Of a DNA stretch of 39,524 nucleotides, positions 1 through 9,045 are shown one piece after another. The stretch is from an uncultured Chloroflexia bacterium (GTDB lineage: Bacteria > Chloroflexota > Anaerolineae > JAAYZQ01): assembly GCA_963700285.1 (NCBI GenBank), contig CAVOXA010000020.1, positions 1-39,524 on the forward strand, given 5' to 3'. The notes below the pieces were generated by a model, which was not told the DNA's origin, made no database searches, and was given only the letters and a program-made list of their open reading frames with translations. Within the stretch, counting starts at the first letter, position 1, and every line of letters begins with the position of its first letter. Made by a program: the position numbers and the translations under genes.

Positions 1-3
1 AAA

Positions 4-36
4 GTCATAGACAGCCGCTGATCCTTCGATTATAAT
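4..36 (+). promoter_or_regulatory. Promoter with truncated Crp/Fnr-type half-site (GTCAT, 4-8) and -10 TATAAT (31-36)
   Basis: Box-to--10 spacing is the same as in the three complete ATGAT-N4-GTCAT promoters at 36.2, 38.2 and 39.5 kb. The left half-site is cut off by the window edge. Confidence 0.5.
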
Positions 37-118
37 CTAGGGTATAAGAAAACAGACCTAGTAGGTTCTGAGCCAAGTTTTGATAGAGGGGCACATTCAG
101 AGGTGGAGGATCAGAGCA

Positions 119-438
119 TTGATTGAAGTTCGATTGTTCGGCGATCTGGCAGCAGTACTCGCCCGAGCCCACATTGGTGCCGGATACCGCCGCACATGCC
201 GCTTGCGGATGGTGCCACACTGGGAGAGGTACTGGAACAAGTAGGCGTCGACCTGGATGAGGTGAGCAACGTCTTTGTCAACGGGCGATTGCTCCCCCGT
301 TCCGTCTACCCGATTACACTGGGCTATCAGCTCGCCGCGGAGGGACCGCTCTCGCCAGAAGCGTACCTGAGGGCGGCGGTGCAGCCGGGAGATCGGGTGG
401 GGATTCTTCCCCGCAAGATGGCGTCGGTGGTCGTCTGA
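119..438 (+). CDS. MoaD/ThiS-like ubiquitin-fold protein (frameshifted near 150-195; lacks C-terminal GG)
   Basis: RBS AGGTGGAGG at 101-109. TTG start gives MIEVRLFGDL, a typical MoaD N-terminus. It continues in another frame as ...GATLGEVLEQVGV...VFVNG...GDRVGILP. Confidence 0.65.
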
Positions 439-496
439 AGCCTGAACGCAGAATGACCCATATCCAGCGACCGCAGAAAGAACAAGGAGGTAAGAG

Positions 497-769
497 ATGA
501 ATAAGGGATGTCCCGGGAAACGGTCTTCAAGGACGCCACACCCGACTATATAGATTGTCCCCACTGTGGGGAAGAGATGGAGATCTGGTCCTGATGAGCC
601 GCTGGCCCGCTGCGACAACTGCAACCTGTGGGTGAGCCAGCAGCGGGGCGCGTCCTGTATCGATTGGTGCAAGTCCGCGGTGGAGTGCATCGGTCTGGAG
701 GCCTACGAACGATTGCAGCGAAACCGCCCGCCGGAGGAAACCCTTGCCCAAGCAAGTTCCCCTGTATGA
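497..769 (+). CDS. Small Cys-rich zinc-ribbon-like protein (two frameshifts)
   Basis: RBS AAGGAGG at 484-490. Reconstructed as MNKGCPG..PDYIDCPHCGEEMEIWSDEPLARCDNCN...SCIDWCKSAVECIG, with indels near 520 and 592. Confidence 0.6.
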
Positions 770-1547
770 TGCGCTGGCGGAGGATTACGACCGCTTTGTG
801 AACTGGGAAGGGCGGCTCGCCCACGAGTTGCCCTTTTTTCAACGCCTATTCCAGCAGCAGCGCGTAGAACGCGTGCTGGATTCGGCCTGCGGCACCGGCC
901 ACCATGCCATCGCCATCGCTCAGCAGGGCCGCCAGGTGGTAGGCACCGACCTGAGCGCGGCTATGGTCGAGCGGGCCAGGCAGAACGCAGCGAGGGCCAG
1001 CATGGATGTCGATTTCCGGGTAGCAGGCCTTGGCGAGCTATCCACGTTAGGCGAGTCCTTTGATGCGGTGCTTTGCCTGGGCAACTCGCTGCCGCATCTA
1101 CTGACACCCCAAGCTGTTGCGGAGGTGCTGGCCGACTTTGCCGCCGTACTCAACCCCGGTGGGCTGTTGGTGATCCAGAACCGGAATTTTGATCTGGTGT
1201 GGGCCGAAAAAGAGCGGTTCATGTCCCCCCAAGCGCACCGCGACGGCGACCAGGAATGGCTGTTCCTGCGTTTCTACGATTTCCACGAGGCAACCATCAC
1301 CTTCAACATGATCCGGTTGCGGCGCACGGAGCGGCGCACGGAGCGGCGCACGGAGCGGCGCACGGACCAGGGCTGGCAGCAGAACGTCGAGTCCACCGAA
1401 CTGCGTCCCGTCTTTGGCCACGATCTGGCCGTCGCGCTGGAAGCGGCTGGATTTGAGGGCAGCATCTTTTACGGGAGCTATGATGGATCGCCCTTTGACC
1501 CGGCGCGGAGCGGCGACTTGATCGCCGTGGCAACACGTAGTAGCTAA
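744..1547 (+). CDS. Class I SAM-dependent methyltransferase (glycine/sarcosine N-methyltransferase-like)
   Basis: Motif I VLDSACGTG, FDAVLCLGNSLPHL, LNPGGLLVIQNRN. Confidence 0.85.
   Translation: MPKQVPLYDALAEDYDRFVNWEGRLAHELPFFQRLFQQQRVERVLDSACGTGHHAIAIAQQGRQVVGTDLSAAMVERARQNAARASMDVDFRVAGLGELSTLGESFDAVLCLGNSLPHLLTPQAVAEVLADFAAVLNPGGLLVIQNRNFDLVWAEKERFMSPQAHRDGDQEWLFLRFYDFHEATITFNMIRLRRTERRTERRTERRTDQGWQQNVESTELRPVFGHDLAVALEAAGFEGSIFYGSYDGSPFDPARSGDLIAVATRSS
1320..1367 (+). repeat. In-frame 12-bp tandem repeat (CGGCGCACGGAG) x4, encoding RRTE RRTE RRTE RRTD
   Basis: Read directly from the sequence. Confidence 0.95.
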
Positions 1548-1569
1548 GCTAGTTCTGAGCAGGAGATCC

Positions 1570-1608
1570 AAGACGGCCCTGGTAACTGCCAGGGCCGTCT
1601 TTCACTTT
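1570..1608. terminator. Intrinsic terminator between convergent genes
   Basis: AAGACGGCCCTGG / CCAGGGCCGTCTT stem followed by a T-rich tract. Confidence 0.75.
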
Positions 1609-1651
1609 GGTCCATCAGGCCCAAAACGCTGTGAGCCCACTCATCTCTAAA

Positions 1652-2704
1652 TCAGTCTTGGGGTACACCAAACTGCCACTCCAAGCCACGCCACAGATCG
1701 TCCCGCCACGAGGGATAGTTATGCCCGCCTCTGTACTCCCGATAGGCCACCTCATAGCCCCGGGAGTTGAGTAGATCGTACATGTCCCGGTTGCACTGCC
1801 GCAGCCATTCGTAGCGGCCCGCATCCATCCAGATTTTGAGCGGTTGCACGCGGCCGTAGCGGAGCAGGTCCCAGAGCACCGGTTCGTAGCCGGCAATGTT
1901 GAACGCACCAGACTGGCTCAGAACGCGGCCAAAAACCTTGGGCGCGCGCACTCCGGCATAGAGGGCCATCAGCCCGCCCAGGGATGCACCCAGGATGCCG
2001 TGCGCGCCAGGGTAGATCCGCAGATCCAACAGGTTCAACTCCGCCTGGGCCAGCGGCAGCACGCGCCGGATAAGGAGCCCCAGGGTCGCCTCGTTGCAGG
2101 CGTATTCCACACCGCGCGCCGCGCCGCCGTGATACACCATGGCCATCGCCACAGGCTCTATGCGTCGCAGAGCGATGAGATTGTCCACGGTGTTCACCAG
2201 CTTGGCCCTCCGCCGGTAATCCTGCCCATCCAGCACGATGAGTAAGGGGCAGTTCAGGAGGGTTGGCGGCCGGTACAGATAGACCGTGCGCTTGCCGCCC
2301 ACCAGAAGGGAGCTGTCCTCAAGGACATGCCGGGTGACCCTGCCATGTGGCACGCTCCGCTTGCGCAGCCTTAGTGGACTGGGCCCGGCCTCGGGCATGT
2401 AGAAAAAGTGGTTGTCGTGACCAAAACCATTGGGGGTGGTATGGGGATTGAAAGGGTCGGCCAGGCGCTCGCCGTCACGCCAAAAAACGTACTCGATATA
2501 GGCATCGCCGGGCAGCATCAGCGTGTGTGTCCACACCTTTGGGGCGACCTGTGACAGCGACAGGGGCGTCCCTACATCCCAATCACAAAAGTCGCCGATG
2601 AGCTGGGGCGCTTCCTTACCCCACCAGACAAAGGTAGCCGCACTGTCCTCGATGATAGGCGTACCCTCTTTCGCGCGTTTGAGCAGGTCATTCATAGCCA
2701 TCAA
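1652..2704 (-). CDS. Enterochelin esterase (Fes)-like alpha/beta hydrolase with N-terminal CBM48/Ig-like domain
   Basis: GASLGG nucleophile elbow, LDGQDY, SQSGAF, GGHNY..W. N-terminal LIGDF..W..EYVF..DG.RLADPFN. Confidence 0.85.
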   Translation of the reverse strand: MMAMNDLLKRAKEGTPIIEDSAATFVWWGKEAPQLIGDFCDWDVGTPLSLSQVAPKVWTHTLMLPGDAYIEYVFWRDGERLADPFNPHTTPNGFGHDNHFFYMPEAGPSPLRLRKRSVPHGRVTRHVLEDSSLLVGGKRTVYLYRPPTLLNCPLLIVLDGQDYRRRAKLVNTVDNLIALRRIEPVAMAMVYHGGAARGVEYACNEATLGLLIRRVLPLAQAELNLLDLRIYPGAHGILGASLGGLMALYAGVRAPKVFGRVLSQSGAFNIAGYEPVLWDLLRYGRVQPLKIWMDAGRYEWLRQCNRDMYDLLNSRGYEVAYREYRGGHNYPSWRDDLWRGLEWQFGVPQD

Positions 2705-3094
2705 CTCCCTTCAACGCAAGGCCTCAGCAAGGGTACCTGGGCAGAGTCATCGACACGAAGAGCATCCCTATCGCTCTCTTGAGAAGCTGGATGGGCGCTC
2801 AGGATCTCGATCTGTTTGGGCAGAGCACCAGCGGGCCAGGCAAGGTTCATCATTCACCTGTAGAGGGATGGCATAGGGCGCTGGCTAGATTATCCTCGAG
2901 TATACCATAGAACCCTTACAAGGTCAATCAGTTTTCATATAAGGTTCGATTCAATTTGCGCTCTCGAAGCTCTTGGGGTAAACTAGAAAACTGTCCCAGG
3001 TCGGTGCAATATGCGCCGCCCACCGGCTTTCAGTACGGAACCTCTGGAAGCGGCACGCACTCGTAGCCAGTCATCACAGTACAGAGAGGTCAAC

Positions 3095-3358
3095 ATGACA
3101 GAAGCTGTGCCCCAGATCACCATCTATACGCGCCCCTGGTGCGGGAGCGTCATGCGGGTCAAACGCTGGCTGGACCAGCGAGGGATCCCCTACTCCGAGC
3201 TCGACGTCACCAAAGATATCGAAGCAGCCCGAACCGTTGAGGATCTGAACAACGGCTACCAGTCGGTGCCAACCATCCTCCGGGATGGGGTGTACGTGGC
3301 GACAGAGCCCAGCACGGCAGACCTGGAACGGCTGTTTGGTGACATCCCGGCAGGCTGA
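3095..3358 (+). CDS. Glutaredoxin/mycoredoxin-like protein, monothiol (WCGSV)
   Basis: ITIYTRPWCG..., NNGYQSVPTI cis-Pro motif. RBS GAGAGGT. Confidence 0.8.
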   Translation: MTEAVPQITIYTRPWCGSVMRVKRWLDQRGIPYSELDVTKDIEAARTVEDLNNGYQSVPTILRDGVYVATEPSTADLERLFGDIPAG

Positions 3359-3538
3359 TTCCTGGCCAGGCTTTTCTTGCTGTACAGAAGGGCGTGGCCC
3401 AATCTGGACGCGCCCCCGCGCCCGCCTTCGCGCGTGTCCTTTGGCCAGTGGTTGTGTTCTATCAGTTGTGCAGTCCTGGCGCGGCGCCACAGTGCTGCAC
3501 CCAAAGCAGCGGGATAACGACACAAGAGGGTAAAGGTT

Positions 3539-4540
3539 ATGAAAATCGCGGTAGATGCAATGGGAGGAGATCGTGCTCCAGCCGTGGTGGTCGAGGGTGC
3601 GATCCAGGCTGCCCGCGACTTTGGCCTGGAGATTATCCTGGTCGGCCAACAGGGAGCCGTTCAGGCCGAACTAGACAAACATGACACAGCGGGGCTGGCG
3701 CTGAGCTTAGAACACGCCAGCCAGGTGCTGGAAATGCACGAACACCCGGCCGCGGCTGTAAAGGCCAAGAAGGACTGCTCGATGGTGGTCGCCATCGAGC
3801 TGGTCAAGCGCCGCGAGGCCGATGCCTTCTTTACGGCGGGCAATTCGGGCGGCGCGCTGGCGGCATCCCTTTTTCGCCTGGGCCGCATCAGGGGCATCCA
3901 GCGCCCAGCCATTTCTACGGTTTTCCCCAGCCAAACACCTCAGGGCTACTGTTTTCTCCTGGACATCGGCGCCAACGCCGACTGCAAGCCAGAGTTCCTG
4001 CTCCAGTTTGCCATTATGGGCTCCATCTATGCCGAACGGGTGCTGGGTATACCCAATCCACGGGTGGCCATTGTGTCCAATGGAGAAGAAGCGGGCAAGG
4101 GTAACCAACTGGTCCGGGACACCCTGCCCTTGCTGCAGGCCGGATCCTTCAACTTTGTCGGCAACGCTGAGGGCAAAGACATTTCCTGGGGCATTGCCGA
4201 CGTGATTGTCACCGATGGATTCACGGGCAACGTGATCCTCAAGCTGGCTGAGGGTGTGGCCAAGTACCTGCTGGACCTGTTGAAAGAAGAGATCACCGGC
4301 CGCCAGGTCTCAAAGGTTGGAGCGATGCTGGCCAAACCGGCTTTTGACGAGGTAAGGCGCCGGCTGGACTACCGGGAATACGGGGGCGCCCCCCTCTTGG
4401 GCATCGACGGCGTCGTCATCATCGGCCACGGCCGGTCTGATCCACTGGCCATACGCAACGGCATCCGCCTGGCGGCCCAGACAGCCGAGAATGGCGTGGT
4501 AGAGGCCATCACGCAGGGATTGGCTCGCTACGAGCGGTAG
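3539..4540 (+). CDS. plsX: Phosphate acyltransferase PlsX
   Basis: MKIAVDAMGGD, AGNSGG, DIGANAD, VTDGFTGNV, GGAPLLG, GHGRS. Confidence 0.97.
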   Translation: MKIAVDAMGGDRAPAVVVEGAIQAARDFGLEIILVGQQGAVQAELDKHDTAGLALSLEHASQVLEMHEHPAAAVKAKKDCSMVVAIELVKRREADAFFTAGNSGGALAASLFRLGRIRGIQRPAISTVFPSQTPQGYCFLLDIGANADCKPEFLLQFAIMGSIYAERVLGIPNPRVAIVSNGEEAGKGNQLVRDTLPLLQAGSFNFVGNAEGKDISWGIADVIVTDGFTGNVILKLAEGVAKYLLDLLKEEITGRQVSKVGAMLAKPAFDEVRRRLDYREYGGAPLLGIDGVVIIGHGRSDPLAIRNGIRLAAQTAENGVVEAITQGLARYER

Positions 4541-4621
4541 AGCAAAGATAGACGATAGACACAGGACCAAGAACCTGGCACACATCACGGTCTTGGCGTG
4601 GAGATCGGTTCGGGAGCATAG

Positions 4622-5879
4622 ATGAGAGAACGAGACATCAAACAACGAGTTGTTATCACCGGCATGGGGGCGCTGACCCCCCTGGGACTCTCGGTTGAAG
4701 AGACCTGGGAGGGTCTGGTGGCCGGCCGGTCGGGGATCGCCGAGATCACACAGTTCGACGCCAGCATCTTTCCCATCCGCATCGCGGGAGAAGTCAAGGG
4801 CTTTGACCCCGGCGAGTATATCGATTTCAAAGAGGCAAAGCGAATGGCCCGCTGCTCGCAGATGGCGGTAGCCCTGGGAACGCAGGCGATGGCCGACGCA
4901 GGCCTGGGCGACCAGGTACCCGACCCAGAGCGGACCGGCGTGGTGGTAGGCACCGGTATCGGCGGCTTTGAGGTTGCACTCGGGGGCTGGGATCTCTATA
5001 AAGCCAAGGGCCTGCGGCGGGTCAACCCCGTTACGGCCGTAGCCTCCCTTTGCAACATGCCGGCCCACCACGTGAGCGAGCGTTTCCAGTGCCAGTCCTA
5101 CAACACCACAGTAGTTACGGCCTGCGCGGCCGGTACCCAGGGCATTGGCGAAGCGACTGAGGTAATCCGCAGGGGCGCCGCTGACATGATGATAGCTGGC
5201 GGGGTGGAGGGCATGATCCACGAGGTCATGATCGGTGGCTTTACCCGCATGCAGGTTTTGGCCAATGACAACGAGTTCCCGGAAAGAGCGTGCAAGCCCT
5301 TTGACGCCCGGCGAGACGGCTTCTGCCTCGCAGAAGGCGGCACTTTCATGGTATTGGAGCGGCTGGACAAGGCCCTGGATCGGGGAGCGCGCATCTATGT
5401 CGAGGTGCTGGGCTATGCGGCCAATTCGGATGCCTTCCACATGGCGGCGCCCGACCCCGAGGGGTTGGGCGCCTACCGGGTCATGAAGTGGGCGCTGGAG
5501 AACGCGGGCGTAGCGCCGGCCGAAGTCGACTATATCAACGCCCATGGTCCCGGAACGGTGGTCGGGGACCCGATCGAGACCAAGGCCATCCGGGACCTGT
5601 TTGGCGAGCACGCCTACCGGGTGCCCATCAGTTCGACCAAGTCGATGATCGGCCATCCCCTGGGCGGCGCGGGGGCCATCGAAGCCATGGCCTGCGTCAA
5701 GACGATCACTGAGGGCCTGATCCACCCCACCATCAACTACGAGGTACCCGATCCCAACCTGTGATCTGGACTATGTGCCCAACGAGGCGCGCCAGGCTGA
5801 CGTCCGGATCGCCCAATCCAACTCTTTCGGGCTGGGCGGGCAGAACGCCTGCCTGGTTTTGGGACGCTACGAGGACTAG
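4622..5879 (+). CDS. fabF: Beta-ketoacyl-ACP synthase II (frameshift at about 5760)
   Basis: [14 protein letters not shown] catalytic Cys, YINAHG, KSMIGH. The C-terminus CDLDYVPN...[13 protein letters not shown] continues in a shifted frame to TAG at 5877-5879. Confidence 0.92.
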
Positions 5880-5889
5880 GGGAAAACAG

Positions 5890-6585
5890 ATGAGGATAAT
5901 CACGGACGAAGCCCGGATTGCCAAGGGAGCCCGCCTGGGCAAGTTTGCCACCTTTGCGGGCCTGGGCTTTCTGGTTGGCGGGCTGGTCATCTCCCTGCTC
6001 TTGCAGGAAACGCCCCTGCTGTGGCTCTCTTTTGCCTGCCTGTTGGTAGGGCTGGTGATTTCGAGCGTGGGCACGGGAAACATGAATCGCTGGGTGCGCG
6101 AGCCGCGGGCCGACCAGGCCCTGGCCCAGGGGCTGAAAGGCTTTGACGACCGCTACTGCCTGTACAATTATACCCTGCCCGCGCCCCACGTGCTGCTGGG
6201 GCCCGTGGGTCTTTACGTGCTCACGGCCATGGGCCAGGATGGAGCCATCAGCTACGAAGGGGGCAAATTCCACCGGGACTTTAGCCTGACGCGTGTCCTG
6301 CGCTTCATGGCCGAAGAGGGGATGGGCAAGCCCTTTAAGGAAGCAGACGCCCAAATGGAGGATCTGCAAGCGTTCCTGGACGACAACAAAGTGGGCGAGG
6401 GTGTCGAGATCCAGAACATGCTGGTCTTTTACAACCCCAAGGCCGAGCTGACCGTGTCGGCCCCCCCGCGTCCGGTGGTGACGCCCAAGGGGCTAAAGAA
6501 AGCCATCCGCAAACAGGAGGACGCCAAGCTGCCAGCCGAGCAGCTTGAGGCTCTCCAGGCGCTCTTTGAAGAGGAAGAAGACTAA
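5890..6585 (+). CDS. Membrane-anchored NERD-like domain protein
   Basis: Two N-terminal TM helices, then LAQGLKGFDDRYCLYNY...HVLLGPVGLYVL, a NERD-like pattern. Confidence 0.6.
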   Translation: MRIITDEARIAKGARLGKFATFAGLGFLVGGLVISLLLQETPLLWLSFACLLVGLVISSVGTGNMNRWVREPRADQALAQGLKGFDDRYCLYNYTLPAPHVLLGPVGLYVLTAMGQDGAISYEGGKFHRDFSLTRVLRFMAEEGMGKPFKEADAQMEDLQAFLDDNKVGEGVEIQNMLVFYNPKAELTVSAPPRPVVTPKGLKKAIRKQEDAKLPAEQLEALQALFEEEED

Positions 6586-6618
6586 CGCCAGGCAAGAAAC
6601 ACGATTTCAGGATGAAAC

Positions 6619-6654
6619 GGGGCTCACGGCCAATTGTGCCGTGGGCCCCTTTCT
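6619..6654 (+). terminator. Intrinsic terminator
   Basis: GGGGCTCACGGC / GCCGTGGGCCCC stem followed by TTTCT. Confidence 0.6.
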
Positions 6655-6688
6655 GTAGGCTGCTGTGCAAAAGCCCGGACGGGTACTG

Positions 6689-6952
6689 TCACCGTATCCG
6701 CCGCCAGGACCGGACCTCTGTGCTGCTATCCTGATCTTCACCGGGGGCTATTCGGGACAGGCAGTCCTGTACCAACACTGCCTTTCGCACCAAGGGATCG
6801 TCGCCGGGAACCCAACCTCCACGACGCGCATTCACATACCAATGGACCGCTTTGCTCAGGAGTTCGCTGCGGCTTAGCTGCTCCTCACGGGCAACACAGT
6901 CGACTTGGGCCAGAAGCTGGTCGGGTAAGGAAACCATCACGTTCGTCGCCAT
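6689..6952 (-). CDS. CopG/ribbon-helix-helix protein (antitoxin-like)
   Basis: NVMVSLPDQLLAQVDCVAREEQLSRSELLSKAV is a canonical RHH pattern. Confidence 0.75.
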   Translation of the reverse strand: MATNVMVSLPDQLLAQVDCVAREEQLSRSELLSKAVHWYVNARRGGWVPGDDPLVRKAVLVQDCLSRIAPGEDQDSSTEVRSWRRIR

Positions 6953-7029
6953 CACGCACCTGGTGCTGAGCATCATGGCCCTTTTATACCCAAAAGCCAT
7001 GCTCAATCAAGCCAGAACACCCGTGAGCT

Positions 7030-7193
7030 GCCATTCCCGACCCCGCCGCGTGAGCGCAAACCACAGCGGGAGTCCATACAGCCTGCCACTCTGGCCTTGT
7101 CATTCCCGCGCAGGCGGGAATCCATGCAACCTGCCACTGCAGCCCTGTCGCTCCACCCCCACCGCCGCGAGGGTGAACTACGGCGGGAATCCA
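7030..7193 (+). repeat. Cluster of three REP-like palindromic units (core GTCATTCCCGCGCAGGCGGGAATCCA)
   Basis: Clean unit at about 7098-7123. The flanking units end in GCGGGAGTCCA / GCGGGAATCCA and have longer internal hairpins. The spacers share CCTGCCACT. Confidence 0.8.
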
Positions 7194-7263
7194 CATCCTC
7201 CACTAATGGGCTCAGCACAGCAATCATGCGCCAGGCACTTTCCGGGCTGATCGGCTGAGCCAT

Positions 7264-7292
7264 TTGCATTTTTCGGACAGCGGTGCTATAAT
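7264..7292 (+). promoter_or_regulatory. Sigma70 promoter of tRNA-Val
   Basis: TTGCAT-17 bp-TATAAT with extended TG. Confidence 0.8.
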
Positions 7293-7304
7293 CCCGGTCG
7301 TTGA

Positions 7305-7378
7305 GGGCGAGTAGCTCAGTTGGTCAGAGCGCATGTCTCACATACATGAGGTCGGAGGTTCAAGTCCTCTCTCGCCCA
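7305..7378 (+). tRNA. tRNA-Val(CAC)
   Basis: Acceptor stem GGGCGAG/CTCGCCC, D-arm AGCTCAGTTGGTCAGAGC, anticodon arm CATGT-CTCACAT-ACATG, T-loop GGTTCAAGTCC. Followed by CCT, so CCA is not fully encoded. Confidence 0.95.
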
Positions 7379-7697
7379 CCTGAGTCCCCATAGGTCTGTT
7401 GTACGCCTAGTAATGGGGATGGCGGATGGGTCTGGGACTAGTTCCAGGTCCACCCGAGTCCCCGCAGTTGGATTCTCCAAGAATGAAACACGAGTCTGTT
7501 CGACAGATTTCCTCGTTGCCCCTGCTCTTCGTGCCTGTGTCCGATCCAGGCAGCAGAAACTGATTGCGATAACCGTTGATGTGGCAAAGAGTGTCTGCCT
7601 AAGTCTTTTGCCGTGGCTGCGTCGGGAGCAGCATAGGCCGCCGGAGCGTGATTTTCGGGAGTTGGATGTTCGGACAGGAGGAGTGGAGGAGGATGTG

Positions 7698-8016
7698 ATG
7701 ATCCTGCCTGATGATGCGTTCCGCGAGATGGCTGAGCGCAATGAGGAGGGCAGGCCCGTGAGAAGCGCGGGGAGACTGAGAAAGCTATCGCGCTGTATGA
7801 GCAGAATGTGGATGCTGGGTTCCATGGCACGTTTCTATATGATCGATTGAGGATCATCTATACGAGGCAGAAGCGGTTCGCGGATGCGATCCGGGGGTGC
7901 GAGGTATACATGGCCTTGCCTGTGAATCCGGCTGTGTTGAAGCCAAGCACGGCCGCAGTTTCGGAAACATCGGGATAAGCTGAGAACAAGGTTGGAAAAG
8001 GAGAAAGGGGTGCGAC
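7698..8016 (+). pseudogene. Frameshifted TPR-like helical protein
   Basis: RBS GGAGGAGG. Reframing near 7755 gives ERNEEG..REKRGETEKAIALYEQNVDAGFHGTFLYDRLRIIYTRQKRFADAIR, a TPR-like pattern. The end coordinate is approximate. Confidence 0.5.
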
Positions 8017-9009
8017 ATGCAATCAGTGTGTCCAGAATGCAAAACGGCCAACCCGGTAGAGAATCTGTACTGTAGCAAGTGTGGCTCGTCGATGGAAGGG
8101 GCCGCGGTGGTACAGGAGATCGATGCGGCCAGCGAGGGGCCGCCCCAAGGCGGAAAGCGCAAGAAGAAGCGATGGCCCATCATCATCGGTGTTGTCGTGG
8201 CTTTGTGTCTGTGTGGTGCCATAGCGGCTGCACTGATGGGAGGCTCGCCTGACGATGGAAGTACAGCGGCGAGCACGGCGTCGGCCGAGCCGACGGCGGC
8301 CGTGGAGGAGCAGGCGCCGGCGGCGACGCCCACGAAGGCTTCTGCTCCAACAGAAGAACCGGCGCCTACGGAGCCTCCACCGCCTGTGGAGCCCGTGGTG
8401 TTCCTGACGCTGGAGGGTACGGATGAGGTTGTCTCTGACAATTTCGAGGCGCCGGCGTGCGAGAAGGCGGTATTCGCCTGGACCACTGAACCAAATGAAG
8501 GAGGGGTGGCGACGCTGATCCTGAAGCTGCAGAAGGCAGGCAGCGAATCGGGCGTCCCTTTGGTGAATGCCCTGGAGATGGATGGCGGCGGAACCCTCAA
8601 GGGCTTGACTTTGCAGGCTCTTGATGGCGGCTCCTATTTTGTGACTACTGAGAATCTCAGCGGGGCGTGGTCGGTACAGGGGACCTGCTACGATGGTGCT
8701 GCGCCTGTGGGCTCAGAGGTGAACCTGGACGGCCGCGGGGATGTGGTGACGGAGAATTACGCGCTGCCGATGTGCGGCAAGTCGGTGATCGTCTACACGG
8801 TAGAACCGAACTCGGGGAGTGTGGCGTCGCTGATCGTCGGGCTGCAGAAGGTGGGGGCGCCGCGGGCTATTGTGGTGAACGCGCTGGAGATGGATGTGGT
8901 GGATCCACAGTCTGGGGAGGCGCTGGTGCCCTTGGCCGGGGGGACGTATTTCTTCACGGTGGAGAATGCGTCGGGGCCCTGGACGGTGGCGTGGGAGTGC
9001 CGTGACTAG
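8017..9009 (+). CDS. Zinc-ribbon + TM + P/T linker protein with two tandem ~100-aa extracellular repeats
   Basis: CPEC...CSKC, KRKKKRW then a TM helix, then duplicated units (VVSDNF..C..VNALEMD..GGSYF..EN.SG.W..C). Confidence 0.75.
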   Translation: MQSVCPECKTANPVENLYCSKCGSSMEGAAVVQEIDAASEGPPQGGKRKKKRWPIIIGVVVALCLCGAIAAALMGGSPDDGSTAASTASAEPTAAVEEQAPAATPTKASAPTEEPAPTEPPPPVEPVVFLTLEGTDEVVSDNFEAPACEKAVFAWTTEPNEGGVATLILKLQKAGSESGVPLVNALEMDGGGTLKGLTLQALDGGSYFVTTENLSGAWSVQGTCYDGAAPVGSEVNLDGRGDVVTENYALPMCGKSVIVYTVEPNSGSVASLIVGLQKVGAPRAIVVNALEMDVVDPQSGEALVPLAGGTYFFTVENASGPWTVAWECRD

Positions 9010-9045
9010 CGGCCAATGAGACGCGGGCTGGTCCTGTGAGCGCCG

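Noticed and set aside
590-597. Selenocysteine TGA in the Cys-rich protein (and the TGA at 5762 in fabF)
   Set aside because: The conserved sequence (WSDE; CDLDYVPN) continues in a different frame, so these are indels, not recoding.
4310-5725. Long antisense ORFs (4310-5725, 27425-28816, 29673-30527, 36289-37149 and similar)
   Set aside because: They are shadows of well-supported genes on the opposite strand in high-GC DNA and have no recognisable motifs.
7030-7193. CRISPR array
   Set aside because: The units vary in length, the spacers are related to each other, and there are no cas genes. It fits a REP-like cluster.
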